A stretch of DNA of 64,000 bases from Alphaproteobacteria bacterium (GTDB lineage: Bacteria > Pseudomonadota > Alphaproteobacteria > SP197), in the NCBI GenBank assembly GCA_964291265.2, contig OZ219747.1, positions 1,312,001 to 1,376,000 of the forward strand. The letters are read 5' to 3'. Within the stretch, counting starts at the first letter, position 1. Each line of letters begins with the position of its first letter. This document shows, piece after piece, positions 10,621 through 20,469 of this stretch. Position numbers and translations under genes: made by a program. The notes under the pieces are model-generated. The model was given only the letters and a program-made list of their open reading frames with translations. It searched no databases and was not told the origin of the DNA.

Positions 10621-10844
10621 CCACGCCGGGGCGAGGGGAGATCCGGATCAACGGAGTGCTCCGCGCCACGACAGCCTCGACATGCGTCGTCGCCAGGCCG
10701 AAGAGCGCGATCAACACCATACTGGAGATGACGCCAACCCAGGTGCCCCGGCATTGGCTTACCCCCAGGCAGGGTCGTTGGGAGATCGACTTCAGGATCC
10801 AGAGAATATGACAGCCTGTGCTCCGGCCATGCTCCCCCGGGGTG

Positions 10845-11189
10845 TCAACAGGACTCGACAAGAGCTGACCGCGTGGTCTCGGAGAATCCCACCAGCACGT
10901 GATTTCCGGAGGCGAACAGAGGTCGTTTCATGACCGCGGGCCAGGCCCTGATAAGTGCGGCGGCCCGGGTTTCGTCGAGATTCCGTCTTTCCTCTTCCGG
11001 CAGTTTGCGCCACGTGGCGCCGCGCCGGTTGAGCAGCGTCTCATGACCGCATGCGGCAATCCATGACTCGACGTCACCGAATCCATCCTTGCGGACATCG
11101 TGGAACGTGTGTGGAATCTCCTGCTCCACGAGCCAGGCAAGGGCGCGCCGGCAGGTATCGCAGTTCTTCAGACCGTAGACGGCGGTCAC
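10845..11189 (-). CDS. ArsC/Spx (YffB-like) family protein
   Basis: GTG start overlapping the upstream stop; YGLKNCDTCRRA, HDVRKDG, LLNRRGATWRKL and MKRP motifs. Confidence 0.88.
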   Translation of the reverse strand: MTAVYGLKNCDTCRRALAWLVEQEIPHTFHDVRKDGFGDVESWIAACGHETLLNRRGATWRKLPEEERRNLDETRAAALIRAWPAVMKRPLFASGNHVLVGFSETTRSALVESC

Positions 11190-11896
11190 GGGTTGGGCCC
11201 GTCCGGAAAGGCCGGATCGGAATCGGGAACGTGCATGGTCAGGCACGGCAGCCAGCCGCCGGGTACGGGAATGCGTTGATCGTGTGTGGTTCCGTCGATG
11301 AGATCGACGAGAAGATGGGTATGCGGGCCCTCGGGGGTCACCGATTTCGCGATGGGGCCGGTGACGGTGATCTCGGCCAGCCGCGAGCGGAACAGTCGGG
11401 GCGGGCCTGCTTCGACGATTCGTGCCAGTGCCGGATGATGGGTGCCGACGAGTCGTTCGCCCTCGGCCCCGGCGAGGGTGAGGTGAAGCGAGGGATCCTC
11501 CACGATGATGAGAGCATCCATGGTGGCGGCTCCGGCGCCGATGTCGAAGAGAGCGGCATGACCCCGGAAACCGGCATGCCGAAGCACCCGATGACAGGCC
11601 ATCCGTGCCGACTTCTCTTCCAGGCAGAAGAGAAATCCGCGGACCCGGCCGGCGATGTCGTAGGGCAGGCACAGGGCGTGGTCCGTGGCCGTGATCTCGA
11701 TGCAGCCGCCCGGGCATATGCCGGTCATGGTGCCCGCCGTCGCCTGCCAGGCAACCGATCCATCGCCCGGAGCGTGAAACTCCGCGATCACGCCGCTCAC
11801 GCCGACACTGAACGACACACCGGGCCTTGATCGCCAGAAGCACAGGAACGACTCGAACTCGATCCGGTCGAGGAGGCCGTCATGAATGGATCTCAC
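11186..11896 (-). CDS. Conserved hypothetical protein (DUF6925-like)
   Basis: Translationally coupled between the GST and ArsC genes; SVGVSGVIAEF and PEGPHTHLL motifs. Confidence 0.65.
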   Translation of the reverse strand: MRSIHDGLLDRIEFESFLCFWRSRPGVSFSVGVSGVIAEFHAPGDGSVAWQATAGTMTGICPGGCIEITATDHALCLPYDIAGRVRGFLFCLEEKSARMACHRVLRHAGFRGHAALFDIGAGAATMDALIIVEDPSLHLTLAGAEGERLVGTHHPALARIVEAGPPRLFRSRLAEITVTGPIAKSVTPEGPHTHLLVDLIDGTTHDQRIPVPGGWLPCLTMHVPDSDPAFPDGPNP

Positions 11897-12603
11897 GGGC
11901 GCTTCCGGTACTGGTCGGCGCCGAAGGAAACCGACCAGCTCTCCGGTGTGAAACCGGTGACGATGTCAGCCGAGGCGGCGATGTCGCGCGTGACGGCCGG
12001 ACGCTCGCTGATGGCGCCGTACCAGCGTTTCACGTTGGGAAAATCGTCGAGATCCTGTTCCTGTCGCTCATGAAGCCGGCACCAGGGAAAGATGGCCATG
12101 TCGGCAATCGAATAGGCTTCACCGGCAACGTGGTTGTTCTCACCGAGCTGCCGGTCGAGTACGCCGTAGAGCCGGGAGGCCTCGTTGCGGTATCGGTTCT
12201 GGGCATAGGGCAGGACCTCGGCGCCCGAAGGGTTCATCGGGGCGTAGGCGAGAAAGTGGTGCGCCTGTCCGAGCATCGGCCCGAAGCCTCCCATCTGCCA
12301 GAACAGCCACTGCATCACGTCCCATCGCCGCTGAGGTTCCGCCGGCAGGAACCGGCCTGTCTTCTCGGCAAGGTAGAGCAGGATGGCGCCCGATTCGAAG
12401 AGAGAGAAAGGTCGACCTCCCGGGCCTTCGTGGTCAACGATGGCCGGAACCTTGTTGTTGGGGCTGATCTTGAGGAAGTCCGGATCGAACTGTTCACCCT
12501 TGCCGATGTCGATGATGATCAGATTGTAGGCGAGTTCGCACTCCTCGAGCATGATATGGACCTTCTGCCCGTTCGGGGTGTGGTCGAAGTAGAGATCGAT
12601 CAT
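11893..12603 (-). CDS. Glutathione S-transferase, YfcG/Ure2-like
   Basis: TPNGQKV, SPNNKVPAI, FESGAILLYLAEK and WQMGGFGPMLGQ motifs. Confidence 0.95.
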   Translation of the reverse strand: MIDLYFDHTPNGQKVHIMLEECELAYNLIIIDIGKGEQFDPDFLKISPNNKVPAIVDHEGPGGRPFSLFESGAILLYLAEKTGRFLPAEPQRRWDVMQWLFWQMGGFGPMLGQAHHFLAYAPMNPSGAEVLPYAQNRYRNEASRLYGVLDRQLGENNHVAGEAYSIADMAIFPWCRLHERQEQDLDDFPNVKRWYGAISERPAVTRDIAASADIVTGFTPESWSVSFGADQYRKRP

Positions 12604-12719
12604 GGCCGTGATTCCTCGGATCCTGCGCCGGAAAGCTGCCTTCCGGAGCCCCGCAGCGCAAGTCCTTCACGCTGCGGCCCCGGCTCTGGTAGGATCCGCC
12701 AGGACAAGAAGGACATGCC

Positions 12720-13787
12720 ATGGCTGATGTCTACCTTCAACCGATTCACCATCCTTCGGCGTGGACCTCGGCGGGTCTTGGTTCCCTCGACGCCATCAGG
12801 ATCGACTGGGATCAGCGCCACATCGATGCCCTCGACGAGGCGTGGCGCGAGGTTGACCGTCAGGGGCTGACGCTCGATGAAATCGGGCACCATCATTTCA
12901 GGCTGCCGGCCATCGCCGATGATCTGCGTGACATCTACGAGGAGATCATGTGGGGCCGCGGCATCGTTCTCGTTGACCGCCTGCCGGTCGAGGAGTGGCC
13001 ACTCGCCAAGGCGGAGATCATCTACTGGGGACTCGGAACACACTTTGGCACGGGCCAGTCCCAGTCGGTCATCGGCGACCGCCTCGGTCATGTCGTCAAC
13101 GTGGGCGGCAAGGATCACAAGGAACGCGCCTACCGCAACTCCCTGCCGCTGACCCTGCACACCGATGCCTGCGACATCCTGTGCATGCTCTCCATACGCA
13201 GGAGCATCGAGGGCGGGGAGTCCCAGTACGCCAGCGCACTCGCCGTTCACAACACGATTCTCGATGAAAGGCCGGACTATCTCGGTTCCCTCTATCGCGG
13301 TTTCCGCTACCACCGGTTTGGCGAGGAAGGACCCGGCGAAGCTCCGGTGACCGAACATCGCGTCCCGGTGCTGTCGGAACGCGAGGGATGTGTCAGTTGC
13401 CGCTACGTCGCCGGATACATCTACATGGCCTGCGAGGAACTTGGCGAGGACCTTCCGGCGTTCGACCGTGCCGCTCTTTCCTATTTTGATGACGTGGCCC
13501 TGCGTCCCGACCACATGTTCGAGTTCCAGATGGAGCCGGGGCAGCTGCTGGTCTGCAACAACCTGACGACACTTCACGCCCGCCGTGGGTTTGAAGATCC
13601 TCCGGGAGAAGACGAGGGGCGCCTTCTTCTGCGCCTGTGGCTGACCGCCCATGAGGGTGATCGCCGGCCCGTGGACAATTCCATCGAGATCTATCGCACT
13701 CATGGCATCCGGGCGCGGGAAGGTCGCCGCGATACCCGCTACCGTGGCGATGCCACGGAGATTCTCGACGAGGTCCTGAAGTACTGA
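12720..13787 (+). CDS. TauD/TfdA-family Fe(II)/2-oxoglutarate dioxygenase
   Basis: HTD, distal HAR and RLLLRLW motifs. Confidence 0.9.
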   Translation: MADVYLQPIHHPSAWTSAGLGSLDAIRIDWDQRHIDALDEAWREVDRQGLTLDEIGHHHFRLPAIADDLRDIYEEIMWGRGIVLVDRLPVEEWPLAKAEIIYWGLGTHFGTGQSQSVIGDRLGHVVNVGGKDHKERAYRNSLPLTLHTDACDILCMLSIRRSIEGGESQYASALAVHNTILDERPDYLGSLYRGFRYHRFGEEGPGEAPVTEHRVPVLSEREGCVSCRYVAGYIYMACEELGEDLPAFDRAALSYFDDVALRPDHMFEFQMEPGQLLVCNNLTTLHARRGFEDPPGEDEGRLLLRLWLTAHEGDRRPVDNSIEIYRTHGIRAREGRRDTRYRGDATEILDEVLKY

Positions 13788-14200
13788 CCGCGCCGCCGGA
13801 ACCCGGGGAAAGGACGCCCATGAGATGCGGTCGGAATCGTTGCTGATCCGGTGTCAGCCCGGGACATACGCAGAATTGTCTGTCTCCCACGCCTGCAACC
13901 TGCCGATCGATGATCGAGACAGTATCGTTCCCGGGCTGTTGAGGGGAACTGGCGGCGGCGCCCACCGGGTCATTGTCCCTTCGTGCGGCCAGACACCGAT
14001 CGCCGGAGTTTCCACCGGGATCGGCAACGCCTTTCCGGAGTTTCGCGAACCGATCATCACCGGTTTCGCTGTCGGCCCGGCAATGGGCGGCCACGTTCCA
14101 GCCGACCTCGCCCTTGCCCTGAACATGGCGTCTGGTGGTGACCGTCAACGGACGCCACGAGACTGCGCTTGTGGATGCCGCCGTGGTAGCTGAAAGCTAT

Positions 14201-14244
14201 GTGGGGTATGTGTCATCTGGGAGTGGGGTATGTGTCATCTGGGA
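14201..14244 (+). repeat. 22-bp perfect tandem duplication
   Basis: GTGGGGTATGTGTCATCTGGGA occurs twice in tandem. Confidence 0.9.
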
Positions 14245-14291
14245 AACGGAGAGACCCGTGACCTGTGCGCCACCCTTGGAGAGGAGGACGG

Positions 14292-14315
14292 GTAAGCGTT
14301 CGGTTCGCGCGGTGA
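14292..14315 (+). mobile_element. Orphan IS66-type terminal repeat
   Basis: GTAAGCGTTCGG..CGGTGA, the same motif as at 48422 and at 54509 (reconstructed). Confidence 0.6.
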
Positions 14316-14471
14316 CTGGGGCGATGACAGCACCGAGCGAATGCGAGTCCCGGGCAATGCGTCGTAGACACTGTCATCCTCATCATCGTCACCCTTTCAG
14401 TCAACGATACAATCACCATTCCTTTCACATCACCGCCCGGCGCTGCGACCGGAATTGGAGGAAACGGGGTC

Positions 14472-15107
14472 ATGACGAAACCGGTCAATGTCACACTGTA
14501 TCGATGGGCGGGTGCATGGGGTCCTTTCAGCGTGAAGATTCCCTGCGGTGAGTGCGCCCTTACGAAGGATGTGATTGCCGATGTCGTGGAGACCGAACTC
14601 GGCGGTGTGCCGGTCGAGGTTGATACTCGCGACTGGTTGACGCACTGGTGGAAACCCTTGCCGAAGGGCGGCTGGCACGCTCCCATCGTTCTGGTGGAGG
14701 GGCGCCTTGTCAGCCAGGGGGCGGCACTCAACCGGGGGGTGCTCACCCAGGCCATCATCGAGGCGCATGCCAAGCGTACGCCGCTTGTCGGGAACAGGCT
14801 GTTCGGCAAGGCAACCTGTCCGCACTGCGTACGCGCCAAGGACTGTCTCGACGAGGCAGGGATCACCTATACCTATCATGACGTGGTGCGCGAGCCGGCA
14901 GCGCTCTACGAGATGCTGGCACGGGTCAAGCCGATCGTCGGGCCGAAGACACCGGTCACGGTGCCGCAGATCTGGATCGATGGCAGCTATGTCGGTGGTG
15001 CCGATGACCTCGGCGACATCCTCGGGCGTGCAGTCGAGCCCAATCCGGACCGCGGTCGGTGTTCAATCTCGCCAGGTCGCCTGACAGCGGACCGGCAGTC
15101 CGCTTGA
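14472..15107 (+). CDS. Glutaredoxin-domain protein with two CxxC motifs
   Basis: CGEC, CPHC and TVPQIWIDGSYVGG motifs. Confidence 0.88.
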   Translation: MTKPVNVTLYRWAGAWGPFSVKIPCGECALTKDVIADVVETELGGVPVEVDTRDWLTHWWKPLPKGGWHAPIVLVEGRLVSQGAALNRGVLTQAIIEAHAKRTPLVGNRLFGKATCPHCVRAKDCLDEAGITYTYHDVVREPAALYEMLARVKPIVGPKTPVTVPQIWIDGSYVGGADDLGDILGRAVEPNPDRGRCSISPGRLTADRQSA

Positions 15108-15289
15108 GACATCCGCCCGCCGCATTCCAAGGCAATCCTCGTCCATGATCCGGCACCCGGGTCGCTTGAGTGACAGCCGCTACGCATGGATCCTGGTGGC
15201 GGTTTCCGGTGAACGCACTCTTCGAGAAGGAAGCGCAGGATCCCGGGGCAGCGGGCTGAAGCGCTGTGGTCTCGCCGAATCGACCGGTG

Positions 15290-16453
15290 TCAGTCGATGA
15301 TGTCGAGGTCCGTTGGACCGCTGCCGGCCAGCATCGTGACACCGTCCTCCAGCATCAGCCAGGTGCCGCCAACAACCACGCCACACCCGGATCCGGGTGG
15401 CGTGAGGCAGGCGTGCAGCACGAAGGTCATGCCCGGTTGCAGACGCTGGTCCGCGTGGCGGCCGATCTCCAGAGTCTCGAGCCACAACGGAGGGAAGGCG
15501 ATGCCGATGCCGTAGCCGAAACGCATCATGGCGGCATCTTCGAGACCGGCGTCCCGGACCGCCGCGAGAGACGCCTCCTCGACCTCGGCCACCGGCACGC
15601 CGGGCCTCGTCGAAGCGATCCCGTCCTCGAGCGAATGCCGCGCTACCGCGTAGAGATCACGTTTCCCGGCGGAGGGCCTGCCGGCCGCCATGGTGGCGAT
15701 GGCAACGGCGTGGTAGCGCTCGTGAACACCCGCCAGTTCGACGTGAACGAGATCACCCGATTCGATGATGCGGTTCCGCGGTGTGGCATGGCCGCCTTCA
15801 CTCCTCGGGCCGCTCGCCAGTTCGACGGGGATGGCCCAGTAGTCGCATCCCAGCCGACGCATCGCATGTTCGATCTCGGCCGCCAGTGCGATCTCGCTCA
15901 TGCCCGGCCTGAGTGATCGGCGCATGGCGGCAAGACCGGCCTCGGCATGGCCGGCGGCTTCGCGCATGAAGGCGATCTCTGCCGGCGACTTGATGCAGCG
16001 CAGGGCGCCGATGAGCGGTGTGACGTCGGTGAATCGTGATGCCGGAAGGGAGGCTGCAAGGGCCTGGCCCCATTCCCAGGAGAGACAGTGCGAGCGCATC
16101 TCGATGCCGACCCGGGCGCCGAAGCGGGACATCTCGTGCACCAGGCCGGCCATCAGGGCTGCCGCATCGTCGTGGTGCAGGCGGTAGGTACGGATATCCC
16201 GGACCCATGTGGTTTCCGTCGCCAGGGGCAGATCGACGTCTCGGACGACGAGGCAGGGGTCATCGTCGCCTGCATTGAAGACAAGGGCCTGAGGACTGTT
16301 GACGGCGACCCAGGAATCATAGCCGGCGAGCCAGTAGAGGTGTTCAGGCGCCACGCAGAGGCAGACATCGATCCCTTGCTGTCTCATCGCATCGCGGGTG
16401 CGCTCGAGCCGGCGGCGGTGTTCGGCTTCGCAGAAGGAGGCAAAGGCAGGCAT
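15290..16453 (-). CDS. M24 (Xaa-Pro peptidase / ectoine hydrolase-like) family protein
   Basis: Creatinase-type N-domain; RCIKSPAEI, RPGMSE, GYGIG and LQPGMTF motifs. The metal ligands look non-canonical. Confidence 0.85.
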   Translation of the reverse strand: MPAFASFCEAEHRRRLERTRDAMRQQGIDVCLCVAPEHLYWLAGYDSWVAVNSPQALVFNAGDDDPCLVVRDVDLPLATETTWVRDIRTYRLHHDDAAALMAGLVHEMSRFGARVGIEMRSHCLSWEWGQALAASLPASRFTDVTPLIGALRCIKSPAEIAFMREAAGHAEAGLAAMRRSLRPGMSEIALAAEIEHAMRRLGCDYWAIPVELASGPRSEGGHATPRNRIIESGDLVHVELAGVHERYHAVAIATMAAGRPSAGKRDLYAVARHSLEDGIASTRPGVPVAEVEEASLAAVRDAGLEDAAMMRFGYGIGIAFPPLWLETLEIGRHADQRLQPGMTFVLHACLTPPGSGCGVVVGGTWLMLEDGVTMLAGSGPTDLDIID

Positions 16454-16586
16454 GGTCTCTCCTTCACAGGGCTCCGGGCTTCCTCATGGTATGCCGGACC
16501 CCGGTTCCGTGGAACGGACTTGCTCTGCCACCGGCATTGGCGATGATCTTCGGTCCCGGGTGAAGATCAACAGGGAGGCTTCCGGC

Positions 16587-18308
16587 GTGTCGGAACAATC
16601 CATCTCGTATGATGCCGTCATCGTGGGCGCCGGCTTTTCGGGCCTGTACATGCTCTACAGCCTGCGGCGTCTGGGGCTGCGGGTGGTCGTGCTCGAGATG
16701 GCAGACGACGTTGGCGGCACCTGGTACTGGAATCGCTATCCCGGGGCCCGCTGCGATGTCGAGAGCATGGAGTATTCCTATTCCTTCGACGAGGACCTGC
16801 AGCAGGAGTGGGAGTGGACGGAACGCTACTCGGCTCAGCCGGAGATACTGGAATACGCCGGTCACGTGGCGGACCGCTTCGATCTCCGCCGCGACATCCG
16901 CTTCGGCACCCGGGTAGTGCGGGCTCGGTGGGACGAGGACTGCGGGGTCTGGAACCTTGAAACCGACGCAGGCGCGGTCTTTCGCGGCCACTACTGCATC
17001 ATGGCGCTCGGCTGTCTTTCCGTGCCGCGGCGCCCCGACCTCCCAGGTCTCGAGTCCTTCCTCGGCCCCTGGTACCACACCGGCCTGTGGCCTCACGAAC
17101 CGGTCGACTTCCGAGGCCTGGGTGTCGGAATCATCGGCACCGGTTCATCGGCGATCCAGTCGATTCCCCAGATCGCCGGCGAGGCGCGTCATCTCACCGT
17201 TTTCCAGCGTACGGCGAACTTTTCTGTGCCTGCCTGGAACCGCCCGCTTGATGCCGAGGAGGTGCGGGAGATCAAGAAGAACTACGCCGCCTTCCGGGAA
17301 GGCGCCCGCTGGTCGCACAGCGGTTACAACTGTGATGATGCCGTCGGTCCCGGACTGGAGATCTCCGACAACCTGCGCAAGTCGGAGATGGAACGGCGCT
17401 GGCAGATCGGCGGTTTCACCATTCTCTCGACCTTCGATGACGTCAACTCCAACATCGAGGTCAACAGGCTCTTCGTCGACTTTGCCCACGACAACATACG
17501 CAGCAGGGTCGACGATCCGGAGACGGCCAGATTGCTGTCACCGACCGACCACCCGTTCGGCACCAAGCGGCTGTGCGTCGACATCGACTACTTCGAGACC
17601 TACAACCGGAAGAACGTCACTCTCGTTGACATCAGCAACGATCCGATCGACCACATCACGCCGACCGGCCTCGTCACCGAAGAAGGCAGGGCCTTCGACG
17701 TCGATGCCCTCGTGTTCGCCACCGGGTTCGACGCCATGACAGGCCCTCTTCTCGGGATCGACATTCGTGGCGCGGAAGGTGTCAGCCTGCGCGACAAGTG
17801 GGAGGCCGGGCCGCGTACCTATCTCGGTCTCACGATGGCCGGGTTTCCCAACATGTTCACCATCACCGGTCCGCAGAGCCCCTCGGTCCTGACCAACATG
17901 ATGAGCGCCATCGAGCAGCACGTGGAGTGGATCACGGACTTTCTGGCCTGGCTGCGGCGCCATGATCTCGACCGGGTCGAAGCGGCTGAAGACGAGGAGG
18001 AGGCCTGGGTCGAACACACCATCGCGGTTGGCGATGCGACCCTCTATTCCCTGGCGAACTCCTGGTATGTCGGCGCCAACATTCCCGGCAAGCCCAGGGT
18101 GTTCACGCCCTATGTCGGGGGTTTCGACACCTACCGGCGGACCTGCGACAAGGTGGCCGGTGACGGCTACCACACATTCGATCTCGGACGGGTGGAATGC
18201 TACGCTAGAGGGAGGAATGGTGCCTCTGGAGGGACTCGAACCCCCACTTCCGGATGGAAAGCAGATTTTGAGTCTGCCGCGTCTACCAGTTCCGCCACAG
18301 AGGCCTGA
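16587..18308 (+). CDS. Baeyer-Villiger monooxygenase (CHMO/PAMO family)
   Basis: GAGFSG, GGTWYWNRYPGARCD, fingerprint FLGPWYHTGLWP, GTGSS and ATGFDA motifs; GGAGG upstream of GTG 16587. The C-terminus reads through the antisense strand of the tRNA. Confidence 0.93.
   Translation: MSEQSISYDAVIVGAGFSGLYMLYSLRRLGLRVVVLEMADDVGGTWYWNRYPGARCDVESMEYSYSFDEDLQQEWEWTERYSAQPEILEYAGHVADRFDLRRDIRFGTRVVRARWDEDCGVWNLETDAGAVFRGHYCIMALGCLSVPRRPDLPGLESFLGPWYHTGLWPHEPVDFRGLGVGIIGTGSSAIQSIPQIAGEARHLTVFQRTANFSVPAWNRPLDAEEVREIKKNYAAFREGARWSHSGYNCDDAVGPGLEISDNLRKSEMERRWQIGGFTILSTFDDVNSNIEVNRLFVDFAHDNIRSRVDDPETARLLSPTDHPFGTKRLCVDIDYFETYNRKNVTLVDISNDPIDHITPTGLVTEEGRAFDVDALVFATGFDAMTGPLLGIDIRGAEGVSLRDKWEAGPRTYLGLTMAGFPNMFTITGPQSPSVLTNMMSAIEQHVEWITDFLAWLRRHDLDRVEAAEDEEEAWVEHTIAVGDATLYSLANSWYVGANIPGKPRVFTPYVGGFDTYRRTCDKVAGDGYHTFDLGRVECYARGRNGASGGTRTPTSGWKADFESAASTSSATEA
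18218..18304 (-). tRNA. tRNA-Leu(CAA)
   Basis: GCCTCTG acceptor stem, D-loop TGGTAG, anticodon arm GCAGA-CTCAAAA-TCTGC, long variable arm, GTTCGAG T-loop and encoded CCA. Confidence 0.97.
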
Positions 18309-18356
18309 AGGAGCGTCATCAATGTCGGGGTTGGTGCGACCGGTCAAGAAGAACCG

Positions 18357-19271
18357 TCAATGACGGCTCGGTTCTCCCAGTACCGCGGTCTTGAAGACGC
18401 TTGAGTCTTCCACGTACTCGCCGCCTTCCGGTGAGGCCGGCATGACATCGGTGAACCTGTCCTCGAGCACGACATGGGGGTCCTGTCCCTCGACCCAACC
18501 GAGGAAGATGTCGTGCAGGTGATAGCCGATCAGGTGCTGGATATCCTCGCGCAGGCGGCGGGCGACAGCGGGTGGAACGGCGAGATACTGGTTTTCTTCC
18601 TGGCGCAGCCAGCCGAGGCTGTATCCGGTGATCGCTCCGGTGCGGTGCTGGTCGGCGGTGACATTCCGTCCGCCGCCATGAAACACAGAACCGAGATAGA
18701 CGAGACACGAGCCCTTGGGCATCACGGCGCAGGCGACCCTGGAGTTGTCGTCGGGGTAGGTGTCGTCGTCCCAGAGGTGGCTGCCGGGAATGACATTCGT
18801 GGCGCCGTTTTCGACCGTGAAGTCCGACAGCGCCCACATCGTATTGCACAGGCACTGGGGTCCGGGGTGGCGGAAAGGAATGAGACCATCGTCGCGATGC
18901 ATGATCTGGCGTCCCTCGCCCGGCGTGATTCTCACCGCCTGCGTCACATGCAGCTGATAGCGTTCGCAGCGGGGCAGCAACAGGCGATCCATGACCGCGA
19001 GAATCTGCGGCGCCGTGGCGAGTTCCTCTCCATAGGCCCTGGATCTGGCGATCAGCGAGCTCACGCGCCGCGTCCGGCGGCCCCAGAACTCGCCTTCCCC
19101 GAAGTAGGCTCGACCGAGATAGGGTTCGAGTTCCTCGTTGACCCGGTCGATGACGTCGTCATCGACAAGATTGCGGAAGATGACCGCACCGTCCTCCTCG
19201 AGAATGGCCATCGCCTCGTCGGTCGATGCCGTGCGATCAACGGACCTGACTTCCTCCATGCCTGCCTCCAT
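18357..19271 (-). CDS. Phytanoyl-CoA dioxygenase (PhyH) family protein
   Basis: HRDD, DFTVENGAT..PGSHLW, HGGG and WLRQEENQYL motifs. Confidence 0.92.
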   Translation of the reverse strand: MEAGMEEVRSVDRTASTDEAMAILEEDGAVIFRNLVDDDVIDRVNEELEPYLGRAYFGEGEFWGRRTRRVSSLIARSRAYGEELATAPQILAVMDRLLLPRCERYQLHVTQAVRITPGEGRQIMHRDDGLIPFRHPGPQCLCNTMWALSDFTVENGATNVIPGSHLWDDDTYPDDNSRVACAVMPKGSCLVYLGSVFHGGGRNVTADQHRTGAITGYSLGWLRQEENQYLAVPPAVARRLREDIQHLIGYHLHDIFLGWVEGQDPHVVLEDRFTDVMPASPEGGEYVEDSSVFKTAVLGEPSRH

Positions 19272-19353
19272 ATCCCTCGAATCATGCTACCCCCACGGCG
19301 AGGCCGGGTCACGACGTCGATGAAGCGTGACGCGGTATCGTGGACGCCCCGAC

Positions 19354-19935
19354 ATGTTTGAGCGTCTCTACGCCAGGACCATGGACCTTGCCGCCAGCCG
19401 CCACGCGGTCTGGTGGCTGCTGGCGCTCGCCGTCGCCGAAGCCTCCTTCTTCCCGGTGCCCGTGGAGGCCCTGCTCCTGCCGATGATGTTCGCGACGCCC
19501 TCCAGGGCGTGGTTACTTGCCCTCCTCGCCACGATCGGGACCGTCCTGGGCGGTGCTGCTGGTTACGCTGTCGGACTGTTTTTTCACGATGCCGTCGCCT
19601 GGCCCGTGCTCGAATTCTACGGCTACGCGAAGGTCTATGCGGAGTATGCCACCCTCTACAACGAATGGGGGGCCTGGATCGTCTTCGCCGGCGGATTCAC
19701 GCCGATTCCCTACAAGGTGGTGACCATTGCTTCCGGCGCCATGCATCTCGACATCTGGGTCTTTGTCGTTGCCTCCGCCGTCTCGCGCGGCCTGCGCTTC
19801 GCCATTGAGGCGGCGCTGCTGTCGTGGTTCAGCGTGCCCTTGCGCGGCCTCGTGGAACGCCATTTCACGTTGGCGGGCTCGGCCATGCTGGTTGCGCTGG
19901 TTGCCGGTTTCGCCGCCATCAAGTGGTTCTTGTAG
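19354..19935 (+). CDS. YqaA/DedA family membrane protein
   Basis: AEASFFPVP and GFTPIPYKV motifs. Confidence 0.9.
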   Translation: MFERLYARTMDLAASRHAVWWLLALAVAEASFFPVPVEALLLPMMFATPSRAWLLALLATIGTVLGGAAGYAVGLFFHDAVAWPVLEFYGYAKVYAEYATLYNEWGAWIVFAGGFTPIPYKVVTIASGAMHLDIWVFVVASAVSRGLRFAIEAALLSWFSVPLRGLVERHFTLAGSAMLVALVAGFAAIKWFL

Positions 19936-19968
19936 GATTCCCTGGAGCGGTTTCATACTCGGGGTCCG

Positions 19969-20469
19969 ATGACCGTCCTTTCTCCCATGGCGGCATGGCA
20001 ACGTTCCAGGCTGCTCGCTGGCCTGCTCGGCCTCGCCAGTGCCGCCTGCCTCGCCGCCGCCTTCTGGTTCCAGCATGTGGGGGGACTTGAGCCCTGCCCC
20101 CTGTGCATTGACCAGCGCTGGGCCCATGGCGCGTCCGTCGCCGTTGCGGCCGTGTCGGTTGTCTTCATGAGGCCGGGGCGTGCGGCGATCATGCTGGCAG
20201 CCCTTGCCCTTGCCTTCCTTGCCGGAACCGCTATCGCTGCTTGGCATGTCATGGTTGAATGGCGCTGGGTGTCGTCGCCGGGATGCAGCACACCGGAGTT
20301 CGGGGACATGTCGATCGATTCCTTTCTCTCCATCGAAGTCGTGCCGTGCGACGATGTCGCGTGGTCGATGGCGGGGGTCTCCATGGCCGGATGGAACGCC
20401 ATCGTTTCCCTGATGCTGGCAGCGGTCGCCATCAGCGGTTGTCTGGCGTCATTGCGGGGGCGCAGATGA
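19969..20469 (+). CDS. dsbB: Disulfide bond formation protein B
   Basis: PCPLCIDQR, a second Cys pair (GCS...PCD) and four hydrophobic segments. Confidence 0.88.
   Translation: MTVLSPMAAWQRSRLLAGLLGLASAACLAAAFWFQHVGGLEPCPLCIDQRWAHGASVAVAAVSVVFMRPGRAAIMLAALALAFLAGTAIAAWHVMVEWRWVSSPGCSTPEFGDMSIDSFLSIEVVPCDDVAWSMAGVSMAGWNAIVSLMLAAVAISGCLASLRGRR

Noticed and set aside
13800-14150. Possible degenerate GNAT-like gene on the minus strand
   Set aside because: The resemblance is vague, with no convincing motif or start/stop structure.
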